NCBI GenBank assembly: GCA_963833985.1
Contig: CAWIAD010000002.1
Span: forward strand, 1,856,001 to 1,920,000
From: an uncultured Planctomycetaceae bacterium
Lineage (GTDB): Bacteria > Planctomycetota > Planctomycetia > Isosphaerales > Isosphaeraceae
Direction: 5' to 3'
Length of the DNA: 64,000 nucleotides
Below, piece by piece: positions 31,950-42,700 of this stretch. The notes below the pieces were generated by a model. The model was not told the origin of the DNA, searched no databases, and saw only the letters and a program-made list of their open reading frames with translations. Each line of letters begins with the position of its first letter. Position 1 is the stretch's first letter. The position numbers and the translations under genes were made by a program.

Positions 31950-33804
31950 ATGGTATGGACCCAGAACCGCATCCGCAGTCGCCTGTCTCTGCGTCGACAT
32001 CGTCCCAACCTCGAACATCTTGATGAGCGCTGTTTGCTCTCAACCGGGGTCACCGCAAACTTGCACCACCTTGCCGCTTCGGCCTCCGCTCCGCACGCGG
32101 CCACGGCCCATGCCAACCACGCCGGGCCACTGGCCCATGCCGGGCAACCGGCCCACACAGCGCAGTCGGTGCACGCGCATCGCCTCCTGACGCGCGGGGC
32201 AAACCTGAAGGTCGCGCTTCCGGCCGCGGCAGCGCCGGCATCGGCTCCGGAGCGGCCGGCGGGAACCCTGGTCGCTGGCACGCCCACGACCTTCGATCCG
32301 ATCATCGGTGCCGCCACGGCCCGCCAGCAATACAGCGTCGACGGCACGGGCATGACCGTCGCGGTGATCGACACCGGCGTCGATTACAACAACCCGGCCC
32401 TCGGCGCAGGCTACGGCCCGAACGCCAAGGTGATCGCCGGCTACAACTTCGCCAGCAACTCCCCGGACCCGATGGCGACCGGCTCACAGCACGGCACCGC
32501 CGTCGCCGGGCTGATCGGATCGCAGGCCCCCAACGACCTGGGCGTTGCGCCCGGAGTGAAGATCGTCGCGCTGCGGGTGACCGACTCCAGCAACACCGCC
32601 AGCCTCACGAACATTGCCAATGCCCTCCAGTGGGTGATCAATAATCACAGCACTTATCATATTACTGTTGTGAATATGTCTCTGTCCGACGGCGGCAATT
32701 ACGCGCAGAACTGGTTTGCCTATGACGGCGGGGTCGGACAGCAGATCACCAGCCTGATCGGTCAGCTCTCCAGTCTGAACATTCCCGTGGTCTCCGCCAC
32801 CGGCAACAGCTTCAGCGGCCAGCAGGGTGAGGGGTTCACCTCGATCATCTCCGGGGTCATCAGCGTCACGGCCACGAACACCAGCGATCAGCTCTTGCCG
32901 GACGCTCAGCGTCTGGGCCCGACGATCGGCATGGGTACCATGACGGACCTGGCCGCCCCCGGTCAGGGCATGACCGCTCCCACGGGCGACAACGGTTATT
33001 CCACGGTCGAGGGAACCAGCTTCGCGACCCCGCTGGTGAGCGGAGCGGTCGTGCTGCTTCAGCAGATCTACCAGGCGCGTTTCGGCAGCCTGCCGACCGT
33101 CGGCCAGGTGACCCAGTGGCTGGAGCAGGGCTCGGATCCGATCCATGATCCGGTCACGGGCCTGACGATCGGCCGGCTCGATATCCCCAAGGCGGCCGCC
33201 CTCATTCCCGCGGCCCACGCGGCACAGCCGCCCACGGCTCCGCCCGCGCCCGCACCGCCGCCAGTGACGGTCTCCATCCCCGCAGTCCAGACCAGCACGG
33301 CAACGTCCACTCCGGTCTCGTACACGCCTGCCCCCACGTCGGCGGCTGCGGCCGCGACGGCCACGACAACAACTTCGACCTCGAGTTCGAGTTCGACCAC
33401 GAGTTCGACCTCGACCTCAATTTCGACTTCGACCACGAGTTCGACATCGACCTCGGCCACCACCGCCTCCGGGACGCAGTCGACTCCCGCTCCGACCGGT
33501 TCGACACTCTCCTCCAACGTGAAGGTCTTCGTCAACGGCCAGCAGGTCAGCTCGTTAAATACCGCGCCGCCGAGCGCAGTTGCCTTCCATGCCCCAGCAG
33601 AGCTACGACTCGTTGCTCAAAGCCATGAGCGCCTGGGCGGCGGGCAGCACGGGTGCGGGCCAGGCGTCGGCGAGCAACGCCAGCCAGGTACGCATCTGGA
33701 ACGCGACTTCCCAGGTCACCAGCCTGTCGCCCGCGGGAAGGATTCTTCCTGTCGGTCACCTGGCGGTGAAGCTGGCGGGGTTGCATCGCCTGCGGCACCG
33801 CTGA
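31950..33804 (+). CDS. S8 (subtilisin-like) serine peptidase with LEPR-xLL-type leader and Ser/Thr-rich tail; frameshift near 33590
   Basis: LEHLDERCLLS; VAVIDTG, HGTAVAG, GTSFATP triad; tail continues in ORF 33580..33804. Confidence 0.85.
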
Positions 33805-33868
33805 CCGCGGGCACTCGACGTCATCGCACGGCGAGTCCGCATGCGTTACAATCGCCAGGGTTCCGAGC

Positions 33869-33915
33869 AGCCCCGCGCATTCCTCACCGAGGAGGGCGCC
33901 GGGGCTTTCGGTTTT
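33869..33915 (+). terminator. Possible intrinsic terminator after the S8 peptidase
   Basis: Imperfect hairpin agccccgcgcattcctc-acc-gaggagggcgccggggct followed by ttcggtttt. Confidence 0.45.
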
Positions 33916-33956
33916 GGCGATCCGATGCATGGGTTTGCAGTGAGGGGAGGTGGACG

Positions 33957-34691
33957 TTGGCCGCGGCGTTGACGACGGCTCTGATCACCGGAGCAGGCAG
34001 TGGAATCGGCAGGGGCATCGCGCGGACGCTCGATCAGATGGGGCTGCGGCTGGCACTGGTCGGACGCGACCTGCAAAAGCTGGAACGGGTCCGCTCCGAA
34101 CTGGCCGGGGGCCGGGAGACCGCCCTGGCGCTGGCTTGCGACGTGGCCGATCGCGAGGCGGCTGCCGCGGTGGTCCGGCGCGTGCTGGAATCATTCGGCT
34201 CGATCGACCTGCTGGTCTGCAACGCGGGCACGAACGTGCGCAACCGCAGTCTCGAAACACTGGCGCCCGACGACTGGGACCGGATGATCGCCGTTAACCT
34301 GACGGGGCCGTTCAACCTGGTCCAGAACGTCCTGCCGTCGATGCGGGAACGCAAGAACGGGCTGGTGATCCAGATCTGCTCGATCTCGGGAATCCGCGCC
34401 AGCACGCTGGGCGGCGTCGGCTACTCGGCGTCCAAGTTCGGCCAGAGTGCGCTGGGGATCTGCCTGGGACGTGAGGAAGGCGCGCGGGGAATACGCTCCA
34501 CGGTCATTTATCCCGGCGAGGTGAACACTCCGATCCTCGATGCCCGCCCCGTCCCCGTTCCGGCGGAGCGGCGTGCGGCCATCCTGCAACCGGAAGACAT
34601 TGCGGCCGCCGTCCGTTTCCTGGTCGAGCTTCATCCCCGGGCCCGGGTTCCCGAGCTGGTGATCACGCCGACGGTCGATGATTTCTGCTAA
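33957..34691 (+). CDS. SDR oxidoreductase
   Basis: TGAGSGIG, CNAG, YSASKFG, IYPGEVNT. Confidence 0.9.
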   Translation: MAAALTTALITGAGSGIGRGIARTLDQMGLRLALVGRDLQKLERVRSELAGGRETALALACDVADREAAAAVVRRVLESFGSIDLLVCNAGTNVRNRSLETLAPDDWDRMIAVNLTGPFNLVQNVLPSMRERKNGLVIQICSISGIRASTLGGVGYSASKFGQSALGICLGREEGARGIRSTVIYPGEVNTPILDARPVPVPAERRAAILQPEDIAAAVRFLVELHPRARVPELVITPTVDDFC

Positions 34692-34837
34692 ATAGATCCT
34701 CGCCTCTTGGAATGTGGGCCAGCCGCCCTCGGCTGGCTCAGGACGGCCGAGGGCGGGCATTCCACACTTTCCCTCTTACGGGGAGCTATTTAGGCGCCGC
34801 GATCGGCTGAACCGGCCGCAGCCATGAGGCTGCCCGG

Positions 34838-36811
34838 TCAGGCCGAGAGTTGGGCGGCCTCGAGCTGCTCACCGTTGCTGAACTCGTTGAACTCCAGGTA
34901 GAGCAGGTGACGGTAGAGCTTGCTCTCGGTCTGGAGCTGCGCCGGTGCTCCCGCCTCTTCCACCTGGCCGTTATGCAGGAGGATGATCTGGTCGGCGGAC
35001 CGGATCGTCGCGAGCCGGTGCGGCAGCAGGATCAGCGTTCGCCCGAAGGCAAGCCGGGCCAGGGTGTCATCCAGCAGGTGGCGCACGTCCTCGTCGAGCG
35101 TGACCGCGGGCTCCTCGACGATCACGATCGAGGGATCGTGCAAGTAGGCCCGTGCCAGGGCAATCCGGAACTGCTCGTCGGGCCGCAAGTAGTGGCCCAG
35201 CGGGCCAATGATCGTGTCGTAGCCGTGGGGAAGGTCCTGGATGAACTGGTGCGCGTGGGCCAGCTTGGCCGCTTCGATCACGCGCGGCAAGCTGTTGAAC
35301 GGATCTCCCATGCCGATGTTGACCATGACCGAATCGGTGAAGACCAGGTCCGCCTGGAGCACGAGACCGACCTGGGCGCGGACGGATTCCAGCGTGACGT
35401 CGCGCAGATCGTGGCCGTCAATCAAGACGCGACCCACCTGGGGATCGGTGAGCCGTGGAATGAGGCAGGCCAGGGCCTGCTTGCCGTCCTCATCCAGCCC
35501 CATGAGAACCGTCCGGGTGCCGGCCGGAATCTCCGCGGACACGTTCTCGAGCAGGGTCCGTCCCGACCGGCTCTTGAGCGTGACTCCTTCGAGAATGATC
35601 TGCTCCTTCATGGCACCCAGGAAATGGGCGCCCACGTTCTGGTGCAGCTCCGGCGAACGCTCCAGGAATTCAAAGATGCCGGCGGCCGATCGGTTCGCCT
35701 GGCGAATCGACTTTCGCGTGGCGATCCAGACGGACAGCGGATGTGAGAGCCCAGCAAGAGAGGCCAGCAGAACCAGCATGGTGGCGATCGAGATCTGCTC
35801 GCGGATGAGCACGACATAGCCCAGCAGCCCCAGGGCGATCGCCAGCGCCGCTCCGTAGAGCAGGGCGGTGGTCGGGTTCAGCTTCGGCTCGGTGACGATG
35901 CGCCGCAGATCCGCCTCGCGGAACCGGTCGAGATGCTCGTCGAAGCGCTGGCGGTCGTAGTTCTCCGCGCCATGGATCCGCACGGTGCGCAGCAGGCCGA
36001 GATCCTCGTGCAGCAGGCAAAGCTGCACCGAGACGTCGCGCAGGGCGGCATCCTGCGCCAGCCGGGCATCCCGATTCAGTTGCCGGGAGATGTAGCCCAC
36101 CAGCAAGCCCAGCGCGCCAAGGAAGATGGTCAGGATGGGCGAAGCGACCAGGGCGATCAGGATCAGGCCAGCCGCCAGGATCTCCAGCCGCGGGGTATGG
36201 CCCAGATCGGCCAGCAGTCCGTCGCGGATGTCGTTGACTTCACGGGTCCAGATGTTCACGACCGGCCCGATGCCTTCGGTTGGCAGCGACGACTGGCCGA
36301 GGCGGTACATCTGGCGGTGGATCTGGTGCCGCAACGTTGTCGCCAGGTTGGTGGCCGCCCGCGCCATGGCGCGACGGCGCCACTGCGTGACGAACAGCAG
36401 TGCCAGCATGAGCAGCAATCCCACGGCCAGAAGCGTGGTGAGCGCACCCAGGTTGTTGCGCAAAGGGGTGATCAGAGCGGAGATAAAATCGAGCAGCCGG
36501 GCGCCGGCGCGATGGACCGGGTTCGCCGACAGAAGATTGTTGGCAACCAGGGGAAAGACCCCCGTGTTCCGGAACCGCAGCACGTCGCCATCGAGCACTC
36601 CCTGGTTGGCGACCCATGCCGGCAGGCGGTGCGCCTCCGCTCTGGGGAACCGCGCCGCGCCGCGCGAGGCCATGAGCGCCACGAACAGGCACATGGTGCC
36701 CAGCAGCGCCAGCAGCAGCAACGACTGTACGGCACCCAGAACCCGGGCGGTGATCAGGTCTGGATGGGAACCCAGAAGTGCCCGCGCGCGGCGATACGCA
36801 TCGGCTTGCAT
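34838..36811 (-). CDS. ABC exporter TMD-NBD fusion with degenerate nucleotide-binding motifs
   Basis: TM segments; Walker A GLDEDGKQ, Q-loop VLQAD, signature position LRPDEQ, Walker B IVIVEE, H-loop PHRL. Confidence 0.8.
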   Translation of the reverse strand: MQADAYRRARALLGSHPDLITARVLGAVQSLLLLALLGTMCLFVALMASRGAARFPRAEAHRLPAWVANQGVLDGDVLRFRNTGVFPLVANNLLSANPVHRAGARLLDFISALITPLRNNLGALTTLLAVGLLLMLALLFVTQWRRRAMARAATNLATTLRHQIHRQMYRLGQSSLPTEGIGPVVNIWTREVNDIRDGLLADLGHTPRLEILAAGLILIALVASPILTIFLGALGLLVGYISRQLNRDARLAQDAALRDVSVQLCLLHEDLGLLRTVRIHGAENYDRQRFDEHLDRFREADLRRIVTEPKLNPTTALLYGAALAIALGLLGYVVLIREQISIATMLVLLASLAGLSHPLSVWIATRKSIRQANRSAAGIFEFLERSPELHQNVGAHFLGAMKEQIILEGVTLKSRSGRTLLENVSAEIPAGTRTVLMGLDEDGKQALACLIPRLTDPQVGRVLIDGHDLRDVTLESVRAQVGLVLQADLVFTDSVMVNIGMGDPFNSLPRVIEAAKLAHAHQFIQDLPHGYDTIIGPLGHYLRPDEQFRIALARAYLHDPSIVIVEEPAVTLDEDVRHLLDDTLARLAFGRTLILLPHRLATIRSADQIILLHNGQVEEAGAPAQLQTESKLYRHLLYLEFNEFSNGEQLEAAQLSA

Positions 36812-36844
36812 GCGTGAGGTCCCCCAACTACGATGCCCAGCGGA

Positions 36845-37666
36845 TCAGGCCAGGTCGCGATCCTCGAACAGCAGGAATGCGAAGAGCAGGGCTGCTCCAC
36901 TGTACAACACGCAATAGCCAAATGCCGGGAGGACGTAATCAAACCACGGAATCACCGCGCCTGTGGAGATCGACGGGCCGGCGTTGAAGAACTCCAGCGA
37001 GGGTAAGAGCCACGCGAAATACCGGGCCATGAAGCTGACCAGCTCGTTCACCTGGTTCTGTGACGTCACTTCCACGAGAACCGGGCTGAGATGTCCGAGG
37101 AAGAAGATCATGATGCAAACGAGCAGGTTGACGAGCATCGGCATACGCGTCGAGATGGCGATGCTGATGCTCGTGAGGATGGTCACCTCGAAGAAGCCCA
37201 GTGCCAGCCCCGGCAAGATCTGCGTTACCTGGGCAATCCGCTTGGACGTTTCCGCCACACCACCCGCGGACTCCCTCATGTCATAAGCGTATTTGTACCA
37301 GAGCCCCCCCGCAAAGAGGGCGCCGAGCAGGATATAAAGCGCGAGCACCCCGAGCTCGATACCCACGAACTTGCCGATGATGAACTGGCGGCGATTGATC
37401 GGTTTGGACAGCAGGGTGATCGCTGTTTTCCCTTCGATCTCCTCCGCCACCGTCGAGCTTGCCGTCAACAGCGATAGCAGCATGCAGGCAAAGGAAATTG
37501 TGGTGAGCCCGGTGTCCTTGTACATCTTGATGTCTTCGCCGAAAGTGAAGTAGGGCACGAAGATCGTGAAGATCAAAAGTGCTCCGGCAAAGACGGCGAT
37601 CACGAAGAAGACAGGCTGCCGGATCGTCTCCTTGGCTGTGGCGAAGGCGATCGTCAATGATTTCAT
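36845..37666 (-). CDS. ABC transporter permease
   Basis: ATAKETIRQP, VAEEIEGKTAITLLSKPINRRQFIIGK, FEDRDLA. Confidence 0.85.
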   Translation of the reverse strand: MKSLTIAFATAKETIRQPVFFVIAVFAGALLIFTIFVPYFTFGEDIKMYKDTGLTTISFACMLLSLLTASSTVAEEIEGKTAITLLSKPINRRQFIIGKFVGIELGVLALYILLGALFAGGLWYKYAYDMRESAGGVAETSKRIAQVTQILPGLALGFFEVTILTSISIAISTRMPMLVNLLVCIMIFFLGHLSPVLVEVTSQNQVNELVSFMARYFAWLLPSLEFFNAGPSISTGAVIPWFDYVLPAFGYCVLYSGAALLFAFLLFEDRDLA

Positions 37667-37849
37667 GGTTGTGAGCTTCGCGGAGTGTGGGATGAAAGAG
37701 GAATAGGGTCGCCCGGTGTCGGCCCGTTCATCAACCTGGCAAACCCTGGTACCGTCGAGAGAGCGATAAACTGAGTCCAGGCAAAGGTTTGTTTCTCGTT
37801 CCCACGCAGAGCGTGGGCATTGTCCCACAATGGCCATGGCGCGCCGACC

Positions 37850-37876
37850 GTAGGGTGGGTCAGCGTAGCGCAACCC
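37850..37876 (+). repeat. GTAG-type REP-like palindrome (left part) interrupted by an IS; includes the left 20-bp target duplication 37857-37876
   Basis: Reconstructed empty site GTAGGGTGGGTCAGCGTAGCGCAACCCACC with a GGTGGGT...ACCCACC stem. Confidence 0.75.
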
Positions 37877-39325
37877 CATAGCGTCCAACTTAAGGAATTT
37901 GGCCTAGGAAAAAAGAAAGGAAGTCCTTAATCCAGTTCGCGTTGTATCGAGCAAGCGCGTCCTGGAAGAAGGAGCTTCCGTTGGGGATCATAAACAAGGT
38001 GGCCGTGTTGTTGCAATCGAGCTTGGGTTCGAAACTCGACGAGATCGGTCGTGCGACGGGCGTGATCCGGCGGCAACGAAAATTCTCGGGCGCGTCGCTG
38101 CTCAAGACCATGGTTCTGACTGTGATGAAGACGCCTCGCCCCCATACCAACGACTTCGTCGCGACGGCGGCACTGCTGGGTGTGAACGTGACTGCCGAGG
38201 CGATCGAAAAGCGGTTCTCGGAGAAGCTCGTCGCGCACTTGCGCGCGGGTTTGGAACACGTGTTGGAGTCCGTCGTGGAGGCGTCGGCGGCCGGCGTGGC
38301 GCTGCTGGACAAGTTCACCGCCGTCGTGATCGCCGACAGCACCACGGTGACCTTGCCCGACGAATTCGAGGCGGAATTTCCCGGCTGCGGTGGCAAAACG
38401 GGCAGTGGTAAGGCAGCGGTGAAAATTCAGGTGGCGTGGGAACTGCGCCGCGGTCAGTTGGAGAAGTTGGAGGTCCATCCCGGTCGTCACAGCGACGCCA
38501 CGAGCGTGGACGTGGACGCACCAGTGGCCTCCGGATCGCTGACGCTCCGCGACCTGGGATACTTTTGCCTGGAGCGGTTCCGATCCATCGGTGCGCAAGG
38601 AGCTTATTGGATTTCGCGTTGGCAACACGGCACGGCCGTTTTCGACGCGGAGGGGCGGCGATGGGAGATGCTGGCGTTTCTCCGACGGCAACCCGCCGGC
38701 ATGCCGGTCGACGTGTCGATCGCGGTGGGCGCGGCGGAGCGTCTGGGATGTCGGTTGATCGCCTTGCGAGTGCCTCCGGAGGTGGCGAACCGACGTCGGC
38801 AAGCGGCCTACGAAAAGGCTCAAAAACACGGCCGCGTGCCCACGCAAGAACATCTGGACTTGTGCGACTGGACGATTTTCCTGACCAACTGCCTGGCCGC
38901 ACTTCTGACGTGGAAAGAGGTCGTGGTCCTGTATCGGACGCGCTGGCAAATCGAACTGCTGTTCAAACTTTGGAAATCTCACAACCACCTCGCCGAGTCG
39001 CGTGCACACTGGACCAGCATGGAACGCCTGGCGTTGTTCTGGGCGAAACTGATCGGCGTGGTGCTTCAGCATTGGCTGCTCCTGACCGCGAACGCGGCCG
39101 ATCCCCGCCGCAGCCACTGGAAAGCGGCCCGCGTCATCCGGAACTGGATGGAATCCCTGACCCGAGCGTTGGATAACATCGACGAGCTCATACGCACCTT
39201 GAGAGACATGGCCACGACGATCGCCAGCGTCGCTCAGAAGAAACGTCGGAAGAAACGGCCCAGCCTATTCCAACTCCTTTTGGATCCAGAACTTCTGGAA
39301 TGGAATCCTTAAGTTGGACGCTATG
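37877..39325 (+). mobile_element. IS4-family insertion sequence (1449 bp) with perfect 20-bp TIRs and 20-bp flanking direct repeats
   Basis: TIR CATAGCGTCCAACTTAAGGA / TCCTTAAGTTGGACGCTATG; DR GGGTCAGCGTAGCGCAACCC at 37857-37876 and 39326-39345. Confidence 0.93.
37942..39312 (+). CDS. IS4-family DDE transposase (start may be 37981)
   Basis: IADSTT, LRDLGYF, YRTRWQIELLFKLWK (YREK). Confidence 0.93.
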   Translation: MYRASASWKKELPLGIINKVAVLLQSSLGSKLDEIGRATGVIRRQRKFSGASLLKTMVLTVMKTPRPHTNDFVATAALLGVNVTAEAIEKRFSEKLVAHLRAGLEHVLESVVEASAAGVALLDKFTAVVIADSTTVTLPDEFEAEFPGCGGKTGSGKAAVKIQVAWELRRGQLEKLEVHPGRHSDATSVDVDAPVASGSLTLRDLGYFCLERFRSIGAQGAYWISRWQHGTAVFDAEGRRWEMLAFLRRQPAGMPVDVSIAVGAAERLGCRLIALRVPPEVANRRRQAAYEKAQKHGRVPTQEHLDLCDWTIFLTNCLAALLTWKEVVVLYRTRWQIELLFKLWKSHNHLAESRAHWTSMERLALFWAKLIGVVLQHWLLLTANAADPRRSHWKAARVIRNWMESLTRALDNIDELIRTLRDMATTIASVAQKKRRKKRPSLFQLLLDPELLEWNP

Positions 39326-39525
39326 GGGTCAGCGTAGCGCAACCCACCGGCTGGCAGGGCCTTGCCTGCGCCGAACCGCACACGCCGTACGACCTCCTGG
39401 GACGATGCCTCCGCGTGGGCACAAGTCTTTCACAAATCTCTTGCCCCTTTGTAAATGAGTGCTACTTGAACCGTATTCTGGCAAACCCCGGTCCTTCGAG
39501 AAAAGTGATTGATCGCGCGTCGGCA

Positions 39526-39804
39526 TCAAAACCGGATCTGGAACCCTTGCAGGGGCGGGTCGCCGGCCGGTTCGTCGTCATCGGTCATATCGTGAATGTG
39601 TCCACCCACCTCTTGCTTGATGGCATCCAGGAACCTGTCCAGTTCGGCGGGGTCCGCCTCGGCAAGCAATTCCACGCGGCCATCGGGCAGATTCCGGACG
39701 TAGCCGGCCACCTCGAAGCCGCCGGCCAGCCAGCGGCAAGTGGCTCGAAAGCCGACACCCTGAACCCGGCCACTGAACTGGACGCGACGTCGAACCAGAG
39801 CCAT
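39526..39804 (-). CDS. acyP: Acylphosphatase
   Basis: SGRVQGVGFR, GYVRNLPDGRVE. Confidence 0.92.
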   Translation of the reverse strand: MALVRRRVQFSGRVQGVGFRATCRWLAGGFEVAGYVRNLPDGRVELLAEADPAELDRFLDAIKQEVGGHIHDMTDDDEPAGDPPLQGFQIRF

Positions 39805-40057
39805 GGACCTGGGCGTCACCCCATGCTCGACCAAGGTGATCATTCGCGTGACCGCCGACGGTGCCGCGTAAATGACACTCGGTCCCCAGTTTAGCGAGCA
39901 CCTCGAAGTCGTCGCAAGGGGCAGCAACCCTTGCGGGAACCTCAACAGAACGCTCGCCGGGCAAGAAAGGTTCGGTCGGGTCGCACGGGATGTGCAGGAA
40001 CGCGGCGAGATGCTTGCATCCCTCCACTGAACATGAGCCGGCCGCCCGGCATCTTCG

Positions 40058-41461
40058 TCAAAGCCCGTTCAGGGTCACGCGGTCGATGGTGGCCGTGACG
40101 GCCTGGATGGGTGCGAGGGCCGAACGTGCCGGACCGATTCCGAGACCGGGGAACCGGACGGGCGGGGCACCGGTCGAGTTGCCGGCCTTCACCGTGACGT
40201 CCACGAGCGTGAAGGGCAGACGGTTGTCCACCTTGAGCGTCGTGCTGCCGACGCTCCGCCGGGCCGGCTTGACAGTCACGAACGCGCTGGCCATGGCGTG
40301 ATCCACCAGCTCCAGCAGCGACTTACCGTCGAGTGCCTCGGCCGGCGGAGTATCCAGCAGGCTTGCCTTGCCCAGGGGCATCCACCGGTCCGCAGTTGTG
40401 GAATAGCTGGCCAGGATCCGGCCGCGGACCTCGCGGTTCTTGCCTTCGACCAGCTGTACCCGGACGAAGAGCGCCGCCGCGGCCCGCGGCAGCTCGGCCT
40501 GCTCCTGGACCCGCACCGGAAGCCCAAGCAAGCGGAGGCCTTCCATCTGGCCGCTGAACGCTGCCGCGCGGCTGGCCAGCGTGCCCTGGGCCTCGATCTG
40601 GACGAACACGCGATCCTCCAGCAGGGCGGAGTCGTCGACGATCTCAGCCCCTTCGGACCCGTCGAGGACCGAGACAAAACGAGCCGCCAGGGCGATTTCC
40701 TGCTCATTGATCACCTTGCCGGCCTGCTCGGCCATGGCCTCGAACGAGAGGTCGTTGCAGACCCTCCACATCACGGCCTGGGCCACTCCCTGGCTGGTGC
40801 CAATCTGGCAGAGCGTGCGCAGCGACCTGCGGACCCGGGGATCCGGGCTGTAGTCCGCAACGTCCACCAGGGTGAAGCGGTCGCGCGGGGTGGGGGTGGG
40901 CAATCCATAGTTCAGGCAGACCGCCGGCACCAGCACGTCCAGCGATTCACCGGCGGGAAGCGTGAGGAACGGGCGTGCAGCCGGGTCCGTACTGACAACG
41001 GGCCGGGGCTCGGACTCGCCGGGCCGGCGGAACTCTCCGAAGCTGCCCGGGCGGTTGGAGATCATACCCAGGCCCATGCTCTGTAAGCCTCCACCACCGC
41101 CAGCACCTCCGCCACCTCGCTGGCCGGCGGCCGCCGAGGCGACCAGCCCCGGTGGGATAACCACATTCAGCCGCTTGCTCGTCCGGTTGCCGACGGTCAG
41201 GCGAACCCGGTCTTGCCCCTGGCCTCGCGCCACCACATTCAGGGCGCCGGTCTTGCTTCCCCTGAGCAGGTCAATCGTCTCCATGGCCCGGTCGGCCGGT
41301 GCCTGCGACGGCTCCGGGTCATCCAGCCGCTCGCTCTGTGCCGGCGCAAACTTGCACCCGAAGAGCATCAGTCCGCCCGCGATCACTGCGATGACCAGGA
41401 CCGGACGGCAATGTGCTCGCTTCGCCTGACATGTCGCATGGCTGCAAGCTCCGTGGATCAC
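40058..41461 (-). CDS. Exported hypothetical protein (start uncertain)
   Basis: Hydrophobic leader VLVIAVIAGGLMLFG; VCLNYGLPTP and VAQAVMW motifs; coding-like composition. Confidence 0.55.
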   Translation of the reverse strand: MIHGACSHATCQAKRAHCRPVLVIAVIAGGLMLFGCKFAPAQSERLDDPEPSQAPADRAMETIDLLRGSKTGALNVVARGQGQDRVRLTVGNRTSKRLNVVIPPGLVASAAAGQRGGGGAGGGGGLQSMGLGMISNRPGSFGEFRRPGESEPRPVVSTDPAARPFLTLPAGESLDVLVPAVCLNYGLPTPTPRDRFTLVDVADYSPDPRVRRSLRTLCQIGTSQGVAQAVMWRVCNDLSFEAMAEQAGKVINEQEIALAARFVSVLDGSEGAEIVDDSALLEDRVFVQIEAQGTLASRAAAFSGQMEGLRLLGLPVRVQEQAELPRAAAALFVRVQLVEGKNREVRGRILASYSTTADRWMPLGKASLLDTPPAEALDGKSLLELVDHAMASAFVTVKPARRSVGSTTLKVDNRLPFTLVDVTVKAGNSTGAPPVRFPGLGIGPARSALAPIQAVTATIDRVTLNGL

Positions 41462-41523
41462 GCGATGGATCTCCCCCGCGGTGGAAGACGCCCGCTCAAG
41501 GCCGCTTATTCGACAGGACTGGC

Positions 41524-42592
41524 TCAGGCCGCCGATTCCACCGAGCCGCCGAGGGCGCCGCGCACCAGCGGCCAGACCTTCTCGGGAGTGAGCTCCGCGA
41601 AGCAGTCCAGACGGCTGCACCGCTTGCGCAGGCTCGCGGCGCACCAGACGTGGGTCTGGATGGTCTGAACGCGCGGACCGTAGGGCCCGGTCAGTCGCGG
41701 GCTGGTGCAGGTGTAAATGCCAACGACCGATGCGCCCGCGGCTGCCGCCAGGTGGACAGGACCCGTATCGTTGGAGACGAACAGGTCTGACTCCTGCGCG
41801 AGGGCGGCAAGCTGCGGCAGCGTGGTCTGGCCGCACAGGTCCAGCAGCGGGATGGGGGCGAGCGCACTGCCAATCTCGTCGGCCAGGCCGCGGTCTTCCT
41901 GGCCACCCACGCATACCAGCCCGGCCCCGAACTCATGCGCCGTGCGCTGCGCGAGGCTCGGCGAAGTGCCGGGTTGGCCAGCGCTTCGTCAGCCAGCGGG
42001 CTCCCGGATTGAGGACCACGCGCGGGCGCGGGACGTTCGCCAGGGCGGCGACGGCCCAGCGCCGGTCCGCCTCCTGGATCGGCAGATGGAACGCCGGCTC
42101 GAATCGCTCCACGCCCAGCGCCGCGGCCACCTTGCGAATGCGGTCGACCGCATGCAGGGAGCGCCGCGAGGCGTCGACCCGGTGCGTGTAGAGCCAGCGG
42201 GCTCCCTCCCGTGCATCGGCCATGCCCACGCGCACCGGCGCCCGCGTCGCGGCCGTCATCAGTCCGGAGCGCAGTAGCCCTTGCAGGTCAACCGTCAGAT
42301 CGTAGCCTTTCTCCAGGAGCCGGGCGCACAACCCCATCGTCGCCTGCGCTCTGCGCGAGGAGATTCCCGATCTCCCGCGCTGGTAGCTGATGACATGATC
42401 CACGAGCGGATGTCCATCCAGCAAGCTTTGGAACGCGCTGCTGACCACCCAGGTGATCTGGGCCTGCGGGAATAAGGCCTTGAGCCCAGGCAAGATGGGT
42501 AATGCATGCACCACATCTCCGAGCGAGCTCGGCTTGATGATGCAGATGTTCCGAGGTTCAAGACGGCGAACCCGTTCAGCCAGGTCGATCAT
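41524..42592 (-). CDS. Glycosyltransferase family 9 (LPS heptosyltransferase-like); frameshift near 41955
   Basis: IKPSSLGDVVHALP, DLQGLLRS, NPGARWLTKRWP, VSNDTGPVHLAAA. Confidence 0.9.
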
Positions 42593-42700
42593 CGACAGGA
42601 ACTCCCTTTCCCGCGAGGCGTTGGATGCCGTACTCTAACGGCGGCCGCAACGGAAAACAACGCCGTACGCTGGCGTATTCCGCATCCGGGGGGCGTGACG

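Noticed and set aside
31265..31950. Long intergenic regions (also 55400-55930 and 58650-59170) as possible riboswitch/ncRNA
   Set aside because: No RNA family motif, tRNA or rRNA was recognisable by eye; a covariance-model (Rfam/Infernal) scan would be needed.
31602..34691. 1029-aa ORF appearing to be an S8 peptidase-SDR fusion
   Set aside because: A frameshift near 33590 bypasses the peptidase's stop at 33804. The linker reads as non-coding and contains a terminator-like hairpin, so these are two genes.
41461..41914. N-terminal 150 aa of the 618-aa ORF 40058..41914
   Set aside because: Overlaps the GT9 C-terminus in another frame; the real start is near 41461 or later.
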